From NCBI GenBank assembly GCA_964016885.1, contig OZ024748.1:16430001-16494000 (forward strand): a DNA stretch of 64,000 bases. Direction: 5' to 3'. Position numbers and translations under genes: made by a program. The notes under the pieces were generated by a model. The model was given only the letters and a program-made list of their open reading frames with translations. It did no database searches and was not told the DNA's origin. This document shows, in pieces, positions 13,930 through 26,154 of the stretch. The DNA comes from Eledone cirrhosa. Lineage: Eukaryota. Position 1 is the stretch's first letter. Each line of letters begins with the position of its first letter.

Positions 13930-15750
13930 TGGTGTAGGGTAAGAAGTGGGTAGATTTAATTGTCCCCCAGGTATAGTCAGCCCTTTCCAAAGTAAAGTTT
14001 AAAGATGGTGTAGGGTAAGAAGTGGGTAAATTTAGTTGCACCCAGGTATACTCAGCCCTTTCCAAAGTAAAGTTTAAAGATGGTGTAGGGTAAGAAGTGG
14101 GTAGATTTAGTTGCACCCAGGTATACTCAGCCCTTTCCAAAGTAAAGTTTAAAGATGGTGTAGGGTAAGAAGTGGGTAGATTTAGTTGCACCCAGGTATA
14201 CTCAGCCCTTTCCAAAGTAAAGTTTAAAGATGGTGTAGGGTAAGAAGTGGGTAGATTTAGTTGCACCCAGGTATACTCAGCCCTTTCCAAAGTAAAGTTT
14301 AAAGATGGTGTAGGGTAAGAAGTGGGTAGATTTAGTTGCACCCAGGTATACTCAGTCCTTTCCAAAGTAAAGTTTAAAGATGGTGTAGGGTAAGAAGTGG
14401 GTAGATTTAGTTGCACCCAGGTATACTCAGCCCTTTCCAAAGTAAAGTTTAAAGATGGTGTAGGGTAAGAAGTGGGTAGATTTAATTGCACCCAGGTATA
14501 CTCAGCCCTTTCCAAAGTAAAGTTTAAAGATGGTGTAGGGTAAGAAGTGGGTAGATTTAATTGCACCCAGGTATACTCAGCCCTTTCCAAATAAAGTTTA
14601 AAGATGGTGTAGGGTAAGAAGTGGGTAGATTTAATTCCACCCAGGTATACTCAGCCCTTTCCAAAGTAAAGTTTAAAGATGGTGTAGGGTAAGAAGTGGG
14701 TAAATTTAATTGCACCCAGGTATACTCAGCCCTTTCCAAAGTAAAGTTTAAAGATGGTGTAGGGTAAGAAGTGGGTAGATTTAATTGCACCCAGGTATAC
14801 TCAGCCCTTTCCAAAGTAAAGTTTAAAGATGGTGTAGGGTAAGAAGTGGGTAGATTTAATTGCACCCAGGTATACTCAGTCCTTTCCAAAGTAAAGTTTA
14901 AAGATGGTGTAGGGTAAGAAGTGGGTAGATTTAATTGCACCCAGGTATACTCAGCCCTTTCCAAATAAAGTTTAAAGATGGTGTAGGGTAAGAAGTGGGT
15001 AGATTTAATTCCACCCAGGTATACTCAGCCCTTTCCAAAGTAAAGTTTAAAGATGGTGTAGGGTAAGAAGTGGGTAAATTTAATTGCACCCAGGTATACT
15101 CAGCCCTTTCCAAAGTAAAGTTTAAAGATGGTGTAGGGTAAGAAGTGGGTAGATTTAATTGCACCCAGGTATACTCAGCCCTTTCCAAAGTAAAGTTTAA
15201 AGATGGTGTAGGGTAAGAAGTGGGTAGATTTAATTGCACCCAGGTATACTCAGTCCTTTCCAAAGTAAAGTTTAAAGATGGTGTAGGGTAAGAAGTGGGT
15301 AGATTTAATTGCACCCAGGTATACTCAGTCCTTTCCAAAGTAAAGTTTAAAGATGGTGTAGGGTAAGAAGTGGGTAGATTTAATTGCACCCAGGTATACT
15401 CAGTCCTTTCCAAAGTAAAGTTTAAAGATGGTGTAGGGTAAGAAGTGGGTAGATTTAATTGCACCCAGGTATACTCAGTCCTTTCCAAAGTAAAGTTTAA
15501 AGATGGTGTAGGGTAAGAAGTGGGTAGATTTAATTGCACCCAGGTATACTCAGTCCTTTCCAAAGTAAAGTTTAAAGATGGTGTAGGGTAAGAAGTGGGT
15601 AGATTTAGTTGCACCCAGGTATATCAGCCCTTTCCAAAGTAAAGTTTAAAGATGGTGTAGGGTAAGAAGTGGGTAGATTTAGTTGCACCCAGGTATACTC
15701 AGCCCTTTCCAAAGTAAAGTTTAAAGATGGTGTAGGGTAATAAGTGGTGT
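13930..15750. repeat. 75-bp minisatellite (about 24 copies)
   Basis: Unit AAAGTAAAGTTTAAAGATGGTGTAGGGTAAGAAGTGGGTAGATTTAGTTGCACCCAGGTATACTCAGCCCTTTCC, highly homogeneous. 1-bp deletions near 14590, 14964 and 15624. Confidence 0.97.
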
Positions 15751-15984
15751 AGGGTAATTGTGCTCAGGGATAGTCTGGATCTTTCAAAGTAAAGTGTATA
15801 TATAAATTAGGGTATGAAATGGGTAGATTTGATTGTACACAGATAAAGTCTGGACCTTACAAAGTCAAATTTTAATATGGTGTCACCTTGTGAAAACAAA
15901 TGGTTAAGTTATAAGAAGATAGAAGATTTATGTATCAATGAGAAACAAATGCAAAATACACATCATATTTAGGCAAAGGATAAT

Positions 15985-16159
15985 TGTTTCTACTTTAGGC
16001 ACAAGGCCAGCAATTACCCAGTGCATTACTGGTACTTTTATTTTATCGACTCCGTAAGGATGAAAGGCAAAGTCAACCTCGGCGGGATTTGAACTCAGAT
16101 CGCAAAGGGACGTAACTGTGCTGGAAAGCATGGCGTCTGACCCTCTACCGATACTGCCA
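15985..16159 (-). mobile_element. SINE family A with target-site duplication
   Basis: AGGCAAAGGATAAT is repeated at 15971-15984 and ~16159-16172. A diverged opposite-strand copy follows at 16173-16378. Confidence 0.85.
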
Positions 16160-17234
16160 GGCAAAGGATAATGGCAGTGGATTGGCAGTACTGGTAGAAT
16201 GCTTTGTTGCATAGAGTTATGCCCCTTTATGTTCTGAGTTCAAATCCTGCTGAGGTTAGCTTTGCCTTTCATCCTTATGGGCTCAATAAAATAAAGTACC
16301 AATAACACACTAAGGTAGATTTAAACAACTTACTCCATCCTCAAAAATGGTTAATTTTGTATCTAAATCAGAAACCATATTTAGAGAAAGGGTTTAAATA
16401 CTGCGTCGTCATCTCTAGCATGTCCAGAATCCTCATGGCAGAATTGTTAGTCAAAGTGTGGTGGACTAGTAGAATCTTTTAGCCAATCAATATACATATC
16501 ATATTTAGGTCAATGATGGAGCCTCTATGAGGATGCTGGACATGCTAGAGGTAACAACACAATATCCCTCAAACCATTATCTTCCAGTTCAAAGAAACAA
16601 AATTGGACAATGTACTTCTAGATACCTTACCTCAGATCAGAACATAACAATATCCAGGATGACCAATGCTGACATTCTTTTGATCATAGGTCTGCTTAAT
16701 CAGAGCTGACCTGGGCCAACAATAACAGCAACAACACCACCCCAAAACACCAGCAAACATCGTAAGACAGGTGGTTTTCATTTGTGTAAAAGATGGTGTT
16801 CAGTGTAAAATAGAGTTGATTCATAGATATTGTCGGTGAGAATGAAGAAATGTTCAATTGATAGGAACTGTGAAACCATTAATTCCAAACTTGGTTGTAG
16901 CTATGCAATGAATGTCGCTCTACAGATTCTGCAGTTTACTTAGTATGGTTCAATAGTAACATTGTTAAAGAATCCTGCTGTGTTAAAGGAATCTTTTCTC
17001 TGGTATTCATAAGCTAATATTCAAAACTTCCATTCATGCTAGAAAGGTAAAAACATGAATGGAAAGCCGCAAAAACTGTAACAAAAAAAAAAAAGAGAAA
17101 AGGAAAAAGAAAAGAAAAAGGTAAAGGAAAAAGAAAAGAAAAAGGTAAAGGAAAAAGAAAAAAAGAAAGCAGTTCTGAACTTTTGTATTGATTAAGTTTT
17201 CTAAGAAGTGGATTACAATAAAATATATGAGATA

Positions 17235-18780
17235 CAACAACACCATTACCAAAATCAGCAACAACAACAACTCTCAATACCACCAACAATAACACGAACA
17301 CCAACAATAACAACAACACCCTCAATATCAACCCCAACAACGCCACCATTAATACCAACACTATTAACAACAACACGAATACCAACAATAACAACAACAC
17401 CACTAACACCACGAACAACAACTCTACTACCAACACCACCTACAACATCACCCTCAACATCACCACCAACAACAACAACAACTCCACCACCAACAATAAC
17501 ACCACCATCAACACCACAAACAACAACACTACTACCAACACCACCACCACCACCTACAACACCACCAACAACAACAACAACAACTCCACCACCAACAATA
17601 ACACCACCATCAACACCACGAACAACAACACTACTACCAACACCACCACCACCACCTACAACACCACCAACAACAACAACAACTCCATCACCAACAATAA
17701 CACCACCATCAACACCATGAACAACAATAATATCATCAGTGCCACTACCAACATCAACACTATCACCAACACTAACAACAACACGTCCAACCCCACCCAC
17801 AGCAACATCACTAACACGATAATCACCACCATGAACAAGAACAGCTAGATTACTTCCATTACTAGCAACATCACCACATCCTCCACCACCACCACCACCA
17901 CCTCCAACACCACCACCACCACCACCAACAACATCACCACAACCACCAACAACATCAACAACATCACCACCATCACCACCACCAACCACAGCAATACCAA
18001 CAACAATAACAACACCAACACCTACATCACCACCACCACCACCACCACCAACCACAGCAATACCAACAACAATAACAACAATACCAACACCAACATCACC
18101 ACAACCACCAATACCATCACCAACAAAAACACTCACGACAATGACAGCACCAACAACAACAACAATAAGACGACAAGACGACAACAACAACAACAAAACA
18201 ACGACAACAACAAGACAACAACGACGACAACAACAACAGCAGCAGCTCCACAATCACCACCGACACCAACAACACCACACACAGCAACAACAACCACCAC
18301 CACCACCACCACCACCACAACCACCAACACCACACACAGCAACAACAACCACCACCACCACCACCACAACCACCACCGACACCAACAACACCACACACAG
18401 CAACAACAACCACCACCACAACCACCACAACCACCACCGACACCAACAACACCACACACAGCAACAACAACCACCACCACAACCACCACAACCACCACCG
18501 ACACCAACAACACCACACACAGCAACAACAACCACCACCACAACCACCACCAACAACACCACACACAGCAACAACAACCACCACCACCACAACCACCACA
18601 CACAGCAACAACAACCACCACCACCACCGACAACACCACACACAGCAACAACAACCACCACCACAACCACCACAACCACCACCGACACCAACAACACCAC
18701 ACACAGCAACAACAACCACCACCACCACCACCACCACACACAGCAACAACAACAACAACCACCACCAATAACAACAGCAA
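17235..18780. repeat. Degenerate (ACC/ACA)n triplet low-complexity tract with internal sub-repeats
   Basis: CCAYRAACAACAA recurs at ~17409, 17514, 17616 and 17715 (~100-bp spacing). CACCACACACAGCAACAACAACC recurs through 18270-18760. Confidence 0.9.
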
Positions 18781-19084
18781 TGGCTTCTGCAACCAGCATA
18801 AAATGGCTGTCAGAAGAATTAAACTGCTAAGAGAGAGAGGAGGTAAATATGAAATTGTTGAATAGGTTACTTCATTGGAACATTTAGTTGTAGAGGAAAC
18901 CCGAGAATGTTGAAACACCTTCAATCTCCAGATTCTTCTCCAGTTCCATAGAGTATTACTCTAGACTAGAGTTCTAGCTAATAATCCAATAATCAGGATT
19001 ACAAAACAGTAAAACTAAAGTACAAGTGAAACAGCATAACAAACTATCACAGTGTTATGTACAGCTGCAGAGAGACAGAGACAG

Positions 19085-19127
<43 letters not shown>

Positions 19128-19133
19128 GTGTGT

Positions 19134-19174
<41 letters not shown>

Positions 19175-19527
19175 TATATGGCTGGTGTTAGGAAGGGCAT
19201 CCAACCGTAGAAAACCCGCCAGACAGTCCTACACGAGCAAGACAACCAATCTTGCCTCAAGTGGGAAAATTCCCGTCCAAACCCATGCAAGCGTGGAAGA
19301 TGGATGATATATATATATCATGATGATATATATATATATCATGATGATATATTTATATATATATACTTAATACATTAACAGAGAAAGCTAATAGCGATAC
19401 TCTGACTGACTCCCATCTCACTCAACAAACATTAGGAAATACCTAAGTATATTCCCAATTATATGTTTGGGGTACTAACTATATTGTATTATGTGGAAAG
19501 TCGGCTGTATTATTTTATATCAGACAA

Positions 19528-19720
19528 GGGCAGTGGATTGGCAGTATCAGTAGAGGTTCGGACGCCATGCTTTCCAGCATAGAGTTACGTCCCTTTACGA
19601 TCTGAGTTCAAATCCCTCCGAGGTTGACTTTGCCTTTCATCCTTACGGGGTCGATAAAATAAAGTACCAGTAATGCACTGGATAATTGCTGGCCTTGTGC
19701 CTAAAGTAGAAACAATTATT
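19528..19720 (+). mobile_element. Full-length SINE family A with target-site duplication
   Basis: A and B boxes, central domain and ATT tail. TATTTTATATSAGACA repeated at 19511-19526 and 19717-19732. Confidence 0.9.
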
Positions 19721-20049
19721 TTATATGAGACATAATTAAATAAATCTCACTATTTATATATATGTATAATTTGTATTTGAATTTGTTTTGCGAGATTTCT
19801 TATCTGAAAACGTGTGTTGAAACAGATATTGTTATAGAGAAACGCACAAAGTAAAAACCTAGTCACTGAGGAGGTCACAGAATGTGTGACGAAAGAGCTT
19901 TGACAATATATAAACAACCGTCTGGTTATCGAACCAACCAACCAACCGGAAATTTATAATAAATTGAAGTGAAAACCAACAGGTGCTTGTATTTTTATTG
20001 ACAATATGACCCTCTCAAAGTATAACAATATGTATATATATATATATAT

Positions 20050-20393
20050 CATCATTCATCATCATCATTTCATTTTACGTCCGCTTTTCCCTGCTTGCAA
20101 GGGTGGGACGGGAACTGATTCTGGCTTAATTTCTACAGCTGGATGCCCTTCCTAACACCAACCTCATTTACAGTGAGTGCTGGGTGCTTTTTTGCCGTGG
20201 CACCTCCACGACCACTTTGCAGTGGAATGATATGGACCCCAGTCCCTATCATCTCATTTCTACAGCTGAGTAAACTGGAGCAATGTGAAATAAAGTGTCT
20301 TGCTCAAGGAAACAACACATCACCCGGTCTGAGAATTGAACTCACAACCTTTTGATTGCAAGGCCAATGCTCTAACCACTAAGCCATGTGCCT

Positions 20394-20395
<2 letters not shown>
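20050..20395 (-). mobile_element. SINE family B (tRNA head, CORE-like body, RTE-derived 3' tail)
   Basis: GGAGGCACATGGCTTAGTGG head, GAGTTCAATTC B-box, CCTTGAGCAAGACACTTT, then a tail shared with the RTE at 1976 ending in (TGA)n. Near-identical copies at 30192-30540 and 39878-40189. Confidence 0.85.
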
Positions 20396-20474
<79 letters not shown>

Positions 20475-20811
20475 AATAAATACATACATATATCATCATC
20501 GTTTAAGGTCCATCTTCAACGCTAGCATGGGTTGGACGGTTTTGTCCCACATGAGGCGAGATTGGTCGGGAGACCGTGTTTAGCTTGTACAGAACACACA
20601 CACATATATATATATATATATAAGTATGTATGTATGTATACGTACATACATATATGTATACAGACGTATATATATGTGTGCATGTATGTATATATATACA
20701 TACTACTGTACGTCTGTATACATATATGTATGTACGTATACATACATACATACTTACATTTAAGTAACTGCCGTACTAAGAGTGAAAAATGAAATTTCGT
20801 TTCATTCTATT

Positions 20812-20847
<36 letters not shown>

Positions 20848-20899
20848 AGTATGTTTTGAAACAGTGAGCAGGTTTGAAATTAGAAAATAGAATAGCTTA

Positions 20900-21190
20900 C
20901 ACCTGGGAGTGAAAGGCCCCCAGTTGTTGTCACAACACCTTTCTAGGAGAGGGAAACTCTGAAAAGATAAACCTGCGGCTTCGGAAGCACCCGATGATGT
21001 TGACAAGTTCTCCTTTTCGGGTAATGTTTTCGATGCTCAGAGAGTGGGATTGGTCGAGTTCAAGGCCTTTCCCCCACTTAAAAAATGTTCAAAGCACAGG
21101 CATTACTTGTCCGGGATCTGTTACAGGTTCGTGTGGCTAACTGTAGCCTAAAGATGCACCATTTTCTGTAATCTGACAAGCAATTGCAAT
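20900..21190 (+). mobile_element. Repeat resembling an RTE 5'-region-derived element
   Basis: TCTAGGAGAGGGAAACTCTG motif. Related sequence on the opposite strand at ~29030-29250 and ~29290-29615. Confidence 0.4.
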
Positions 21191-21217
21191 ACTCATAGCA
21201 GAGTTTGCAGCTACCAT

Positions 21218-21260
<43 letters not shown>

Positions 21261-22131
21261 GAGAAGAATAGCAGTGGCAATAAAGTTATTACTAGTCTAA
21301 TGACAAGTAAGCTGCTGTGTGACCACTAAACTTGACATTTTGTATAATACAGACCTTGATACATTATCCAGAAAAGAGGAAAATGGTATGGTCACACCTC
21401 AAACACATTTTGATGATAGGTCAGTTTAGACTACTTCACCAAGTGAGAAAGCTACATGGTGTCTCCTGGGAATTGAGATGATGCAGCATCAGCATTTTTT
21501 GTGTAGCACAGACATAATCATCATCCGGTGACCTCAGCCGAAATCGACTCAAAGAGAGAGATAGAGAGAGAGAGAGAAGAATAGCAGTATATAAATATAA
21601 AAATGAATACACTGCTTACTTTTCAGTGCTTTACTGAAAAGCTTAGTATAACCTACACATATTCATAGAGTTGCACACACTTCACATAAATTATACTCTA
21701 TGAAAGTAACTGATCCATTTCTATGTAACATAGAAAGTTGTGTGATAAACTAGACAGAGTGTGTATGTCAGATACATCCTGTTAGTGTTCCTCAAATGAT
21801 TTACACTTCTTAAATATATTCATTGGCAAAACTGTGAGATATTAAATGGTAAAACTGCTCAAATAAAATAAAGTTTCTTTATACATATATATATATATGT
21901 ATATACCACATACATACATGTATATATATCATCATTTAATGTCCACTTTCATTGCTAGTAAGGATGTGTGTTTATGTATCTATATATGTATACATGTATA
22001 TGTAAATATATATATAGGCACACATGCATATTTACATGTAAGCAAATGTATGTATGTATGTAGGTAATATCTATACATGAATGTTACTACATGAATGTGT
22101 GTGTGTGTATATATACACATATCTGTATATG

Positions 22132-22171
<40 letters not shown>

Positions 22172-22542
22172 GATATATATGTATGTGTGCATATATGTAT
22201 ATATGTGTGTGAATATATCTATATAAAAAGGCCTATGTCTAGTTTCCATGCATAAAAACTGCTAACATTAATATGCGGTCATCATATATTAAGTTTGAAA
22301 GGCAATATATTATAATTTTGTAGTTTAGGAAGGTTTTAATGGAATTACTAACTTGACAAATGGTTCCAGAACTCTTTTGTATGATAGAAATAGTACATAA
22401 ATCTTTTAAAATGGCAAAGCATCTGATGGAGGAAAATAAAGTTACTGAAACACAGGGAAAAAATAATACATGTTCATCACCAAGAATTAAAAAAAAAGTT
22501 TTGTATTCTCTTTTCTATCTTATACATACCACCCTAACATCT

Positions 22543-22585
<43 letters not shown>

Positions 22586-22896
22586 GAAGGGGGTATTTAA
22601 ATTATTGGAAATCTGACAAAAAAAAAAAATTATTATTATTATTATTATTTAAATATAAATATAAATGTTTATAACTGATTTAGAGCACTCAACAAGTTCC
22701 TGGAGTAAATATTCAATGATATTCAATGATATTACTATTCAGAGAATATCCAACTGATAAGGTATGATTTTCCTGGGTATGTCTCTATATATAAAACAAA
22801 TTTTGTATTTTATTTGAAGAAAGCGTACCCTTGAAATATATATAATAAAATAAATATGGTTTTATAAATATAGTTTCCATTTATTTAATATTATTG

Positions 22897-22940
<44 letters not shown>

Positions 22941-22979
22941 TACACATATCACCCTAACATCTCAATATAGATATATATG

Positions 22980-23142
22980 ACAAGTAAGTATGTTTTGAAA
23001 CAGTGAGCGGGTTTGAAATTAGAAAATAGAATAGCTTTCACATGTACGTCAATACTCATCTTTTTCCATTTATCTGAGGGTTCTAAACCCCATTATCAGG
23101 CTAAAATTTCTTTAGTCTAAAATACAGTGAAAGCTATTCTAT
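22980..23142 (-). mobile_element. Short inverted-arm plus tail element in (TA)n with a degenerate hammerhead core
   Basis: Perfect 16-bp inverted repeat ATAGAATAGCTTTCAC (23026-23041 / 23127-23142). Minus strand has CTGATAAT-GGGG-TTTAGAA-CCCT-CAGA. The tail also occurs at ~20846-20900. Confidence 0.5.
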
Positions 23143-23182
23143 ATATATATATATATCTTACACATATCACCCTAATATCTCA

Positions 23183-23405
23183 AAGAGATGTCAACATGAA
23201 TGGACCTGTTATTTTTATCTAAAGACATTTTTTCCAATTCCAACCCTCCCGTCTCCTCAATCTATTTTATTTCTCATTCTTTCCTCTGATGAAGGACTAG
23301 CGTCCGAAACGTTAAAACCCTCTTCCTACTATATCAAGCGTTAACCTAATATATACCTTCCTGTACCGATTGTGTTGTTATTTCTGTTTACCTTTTACAT
23401 ACATA
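23183..23405 (+). mobile_element. Penelope-like pseudo-LTR remnant with hammerhead motif
   Basis: Contains CTGATGA-A-GGAC-TAGC-GTCC-GAAA-CGTTA (23286-23314) and ends in (TA)n. Second copy at 36094-36320, motif at 36197-36225. Confidence 0.6.
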
Positions 23406-23562
23406 TATATATATATATACATATATAGCTTTAGGTTTCTTGGTTCACCACTGGATAGAATTGGTCATTCCGTATGGTCAATCTTGGTGTAATATTGTGG
23501 AGAGTACTGAACGTAGTGCAGTTCACCTTTCAAGGATTTACACCAGTCCAGGCTCCTGTTAC

Positions 23563-23599
<37 letters not shown>

Positions 23600-23603
<4 letters not shown>

Positions 23604-24480
23604 TCATTGTTTAACGTCCATTTTCCACGCTACCTTGGGTTAGACAGGTTGTCCCATCCATTTGAGGCAAGTTGGATCAGGTGACTGTGTCTTACTCATA
23701 GAAAACTGTTTCTGGCTAGGTTTCTAAATCTGGATGCCGTTCTTAATGCCAATCACATTTACAGTGTGTACTGGGTGCTTTTTGTCCTGACACCTACATG
23801 ACCACTTCACAGTGTGTACTGGGGGCTTTTTGTCCTGACTCCAACACAACCACTTTACAGTGTGTACTGGGTGCTTTTTGTCCTGACACCTATATGACCA
23901 CTTCACAGTGTGTACTGGGTGCTTTTTGTCCTGACACCTACATGACCACTTTACAGTGTGTACTGGGTGCTTTTTGTCCTGACACCTATATGACCACTTT
24001 ACAGTGTGTACTGGGTGCTTTTTGTCCTGACACCTACATGACCACTTTACAGTGTGTACTGGGTGCTTTTTGTCCCGACACCCACATGACCGCTTTACAG
24101 TGTGTACTGGGTGCTTTTTGTCCTGACACCTATATGACCACTTTACAGTGTGTACTGGGTGCTTTTTGTCCTGACACCTACATGACCACTTTACAGTGTG
24201 TACTGGGTGCTTTTTGTCCTGACACCCACATGACCGCTTTACAGTGTGTACTGGGTGCTTTTTGTCCTGACACCTTCATGACCGCTTTACAGTATGTACT
24301 GGGTGCTTTTTGTCCCGACTCCTACACGACCACTTTACAGTGTGGGCTGGATATATTTTGTTCACAGTGTAAGGGTGGTGTGGACATGGTATAGTGGTTA
24401 AGAGGTGCCTACTAAATGTATGTGCATGGGAAGGCGTGTCCTCTATATTACTGCATAACGCCAAAGATCTCAAGCCTGTA
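23600..24480 (-). mobile_element. 5'-truncated RTE 3' end with an expanded 48-bp array
   Basis: Same tail and last-codon region (CGCCAAAGATCTC) as the 60165-61960 RTE. Confidence 0.75.
23757..24350. repeat. 48-bp minisatellite (about 12 copies) inside the RTE 3' UTR
   Basis: Unit ACAGTGTGTACTGGGTGCTTTTTGTCCTGACACCTACATGACCACTTT. Confidence 0.95.
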
Positions 24481-24482
24481 TA

Positions 24483-24540
<58 letters not shown>

Positions 24541-24700
24541 TTTATAGAAGGGGTCAGGCCCCGACAGCTGAGCTCTTGCTGTTTTAACAGCTAGTTTAAA
24601 ATTGGTTACATTCTGTTATTTATATAAAAATATATTCAGATATATATATATATATATACATATAGACATACATATATATAAACATATATATACATATATA

Positions 24701-24737
<37 letters not shown>

Positions 24738-25401
24738 CTACATATCTATAGTTATATATATATACATATATACATATATATACACATGTACATATCTATA
24801 TATCTATATATACATATATATACACATGTACATATCTATATATACATATATATACACATGTACATATCTATATATCTATATATACATATATATACACATA
24901 TACATATCTATATATCTATATATACATATACATATCTATATATACATATATATATATACGCATATACATATTTATATATACATATATATATATATATTTA
25001 TATAAGATGAATGACTAAGTATTAAAATCATTGTTTATTGAGCTATGTATCACAAAATGTTTGTTAAAGCTAATATTTATAAACCCCTAGAAGATTTATA
25101 AATATTTCTTTAAAAACAAAGTAAGGCATCTTTCACTTCAATCCTTTTCTTTCATACAATTATATTATTTTTTATTTCATTTAATTTTGGTGGGGTTTTC
25201 AATATTTTTATAACAATGTTAAAATCTGTAAACACCATCTAGCTTTCTTAATAAAAGTAAAACAATCAAACATGTACAAAATCAATTCTTAACATGTAAA
25301 TATTTAAACATTATGGCTCCTTCATATCTATAATTCAAGTGCATGTATGTACTGGCATTGGATCGCAGAAAAGTGTATATATATAAATGTATATGTATAT
25401 A

Positions 25402-25446
<45 letters not shown>

Positions 25447-25483
25447 ATATATATATATGTGTGTGTGTGTATGTATGTATCTT

Positions 25484-25523
<40 letters not shown>

Positions 25524-26154
25524 TTAATATAAGAAAGTATTGCACCAAGAAAAATATAAACGTCGGCATGAAGGAGATTGGCAATTTATTTGCTTTAACA
25601 TATGTTTCTGTGTTTATTATAATAGTCTACATATGCTGACTACAATATATATTGTTCAATCATATGCAAAACTTAATCATTTATCACACTTCATCAGAAA
25701 GCCTTTAAAAGTGGAAGTGAATATTCACTATGCTCTAGAATTCAGTAATGGGATTTTCCTTTAAGAAAATGTAAATAACTTAAAAATAGAATGAAATACA
25801 GTCTGTGAGTGTCATAGAAAAGAAGGGAGTGGGAGTAAAGAGTTTCACATTAATATTCTGTGTACTGTGATGTGGAACAGTTATTCTTTATTCTTTGACC
25901 ATTGGTATGGGTGAAGGTTTTGATGTTTACCATATATGGCCAAGAGGGTAAAGAAGGTATAAAGAGAAGGACAGAAAAGGAGAGAGTAGAAATTAAGAGT
26001 AGGGTAGAGTGGGGAGGGAGGAAAGGAATTAAGAAAATGAGATAAGTTTTGAATATTACTGAATTCTTTGAGTAGGTGCGAAAAGTTCAAATACCACAAG
26101 AAATGTACTAAATAGGATGTAACAAAATCTAGGTATTAGGGATCAAATCTTGTT

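Noticed and set aside
13166-15614. 474-, 135- and 227-aa repeat-protein ORFs
   Set aside because: They come from the 75-bp minisatellite. The frame is broken by 1-bp deletions and there is no credible start or domain.
13930-15750. CRISPR-like regular repeats (also 23757-24350)
   Set aside because: The units are head-to-tail with no unique spacers, there are no cas genes, and the context is eukaryotic.
17028-17064. Short hairpins as possible pre-miRNA or SECIS (also ~4685-4712 and ~38858-38892)
   Set aside because: Stems of only about 10-13 bp, with no recognisable mature miRNA or SECIS core.
17208-18830. Mucin-like Pro/Thr-rich ORFs and Cys/Val/Gly-rich antisense ORFs
   Set aside because: Triplet low-complexity DNA with in-frame stops and phase shifts; no signal peptide or splice context.
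19528-19625. tRNA genes suggested by A/B boxes
   Set aside because: They are SINE heads with no complete cloverleaf and are joined to SINE bodies.
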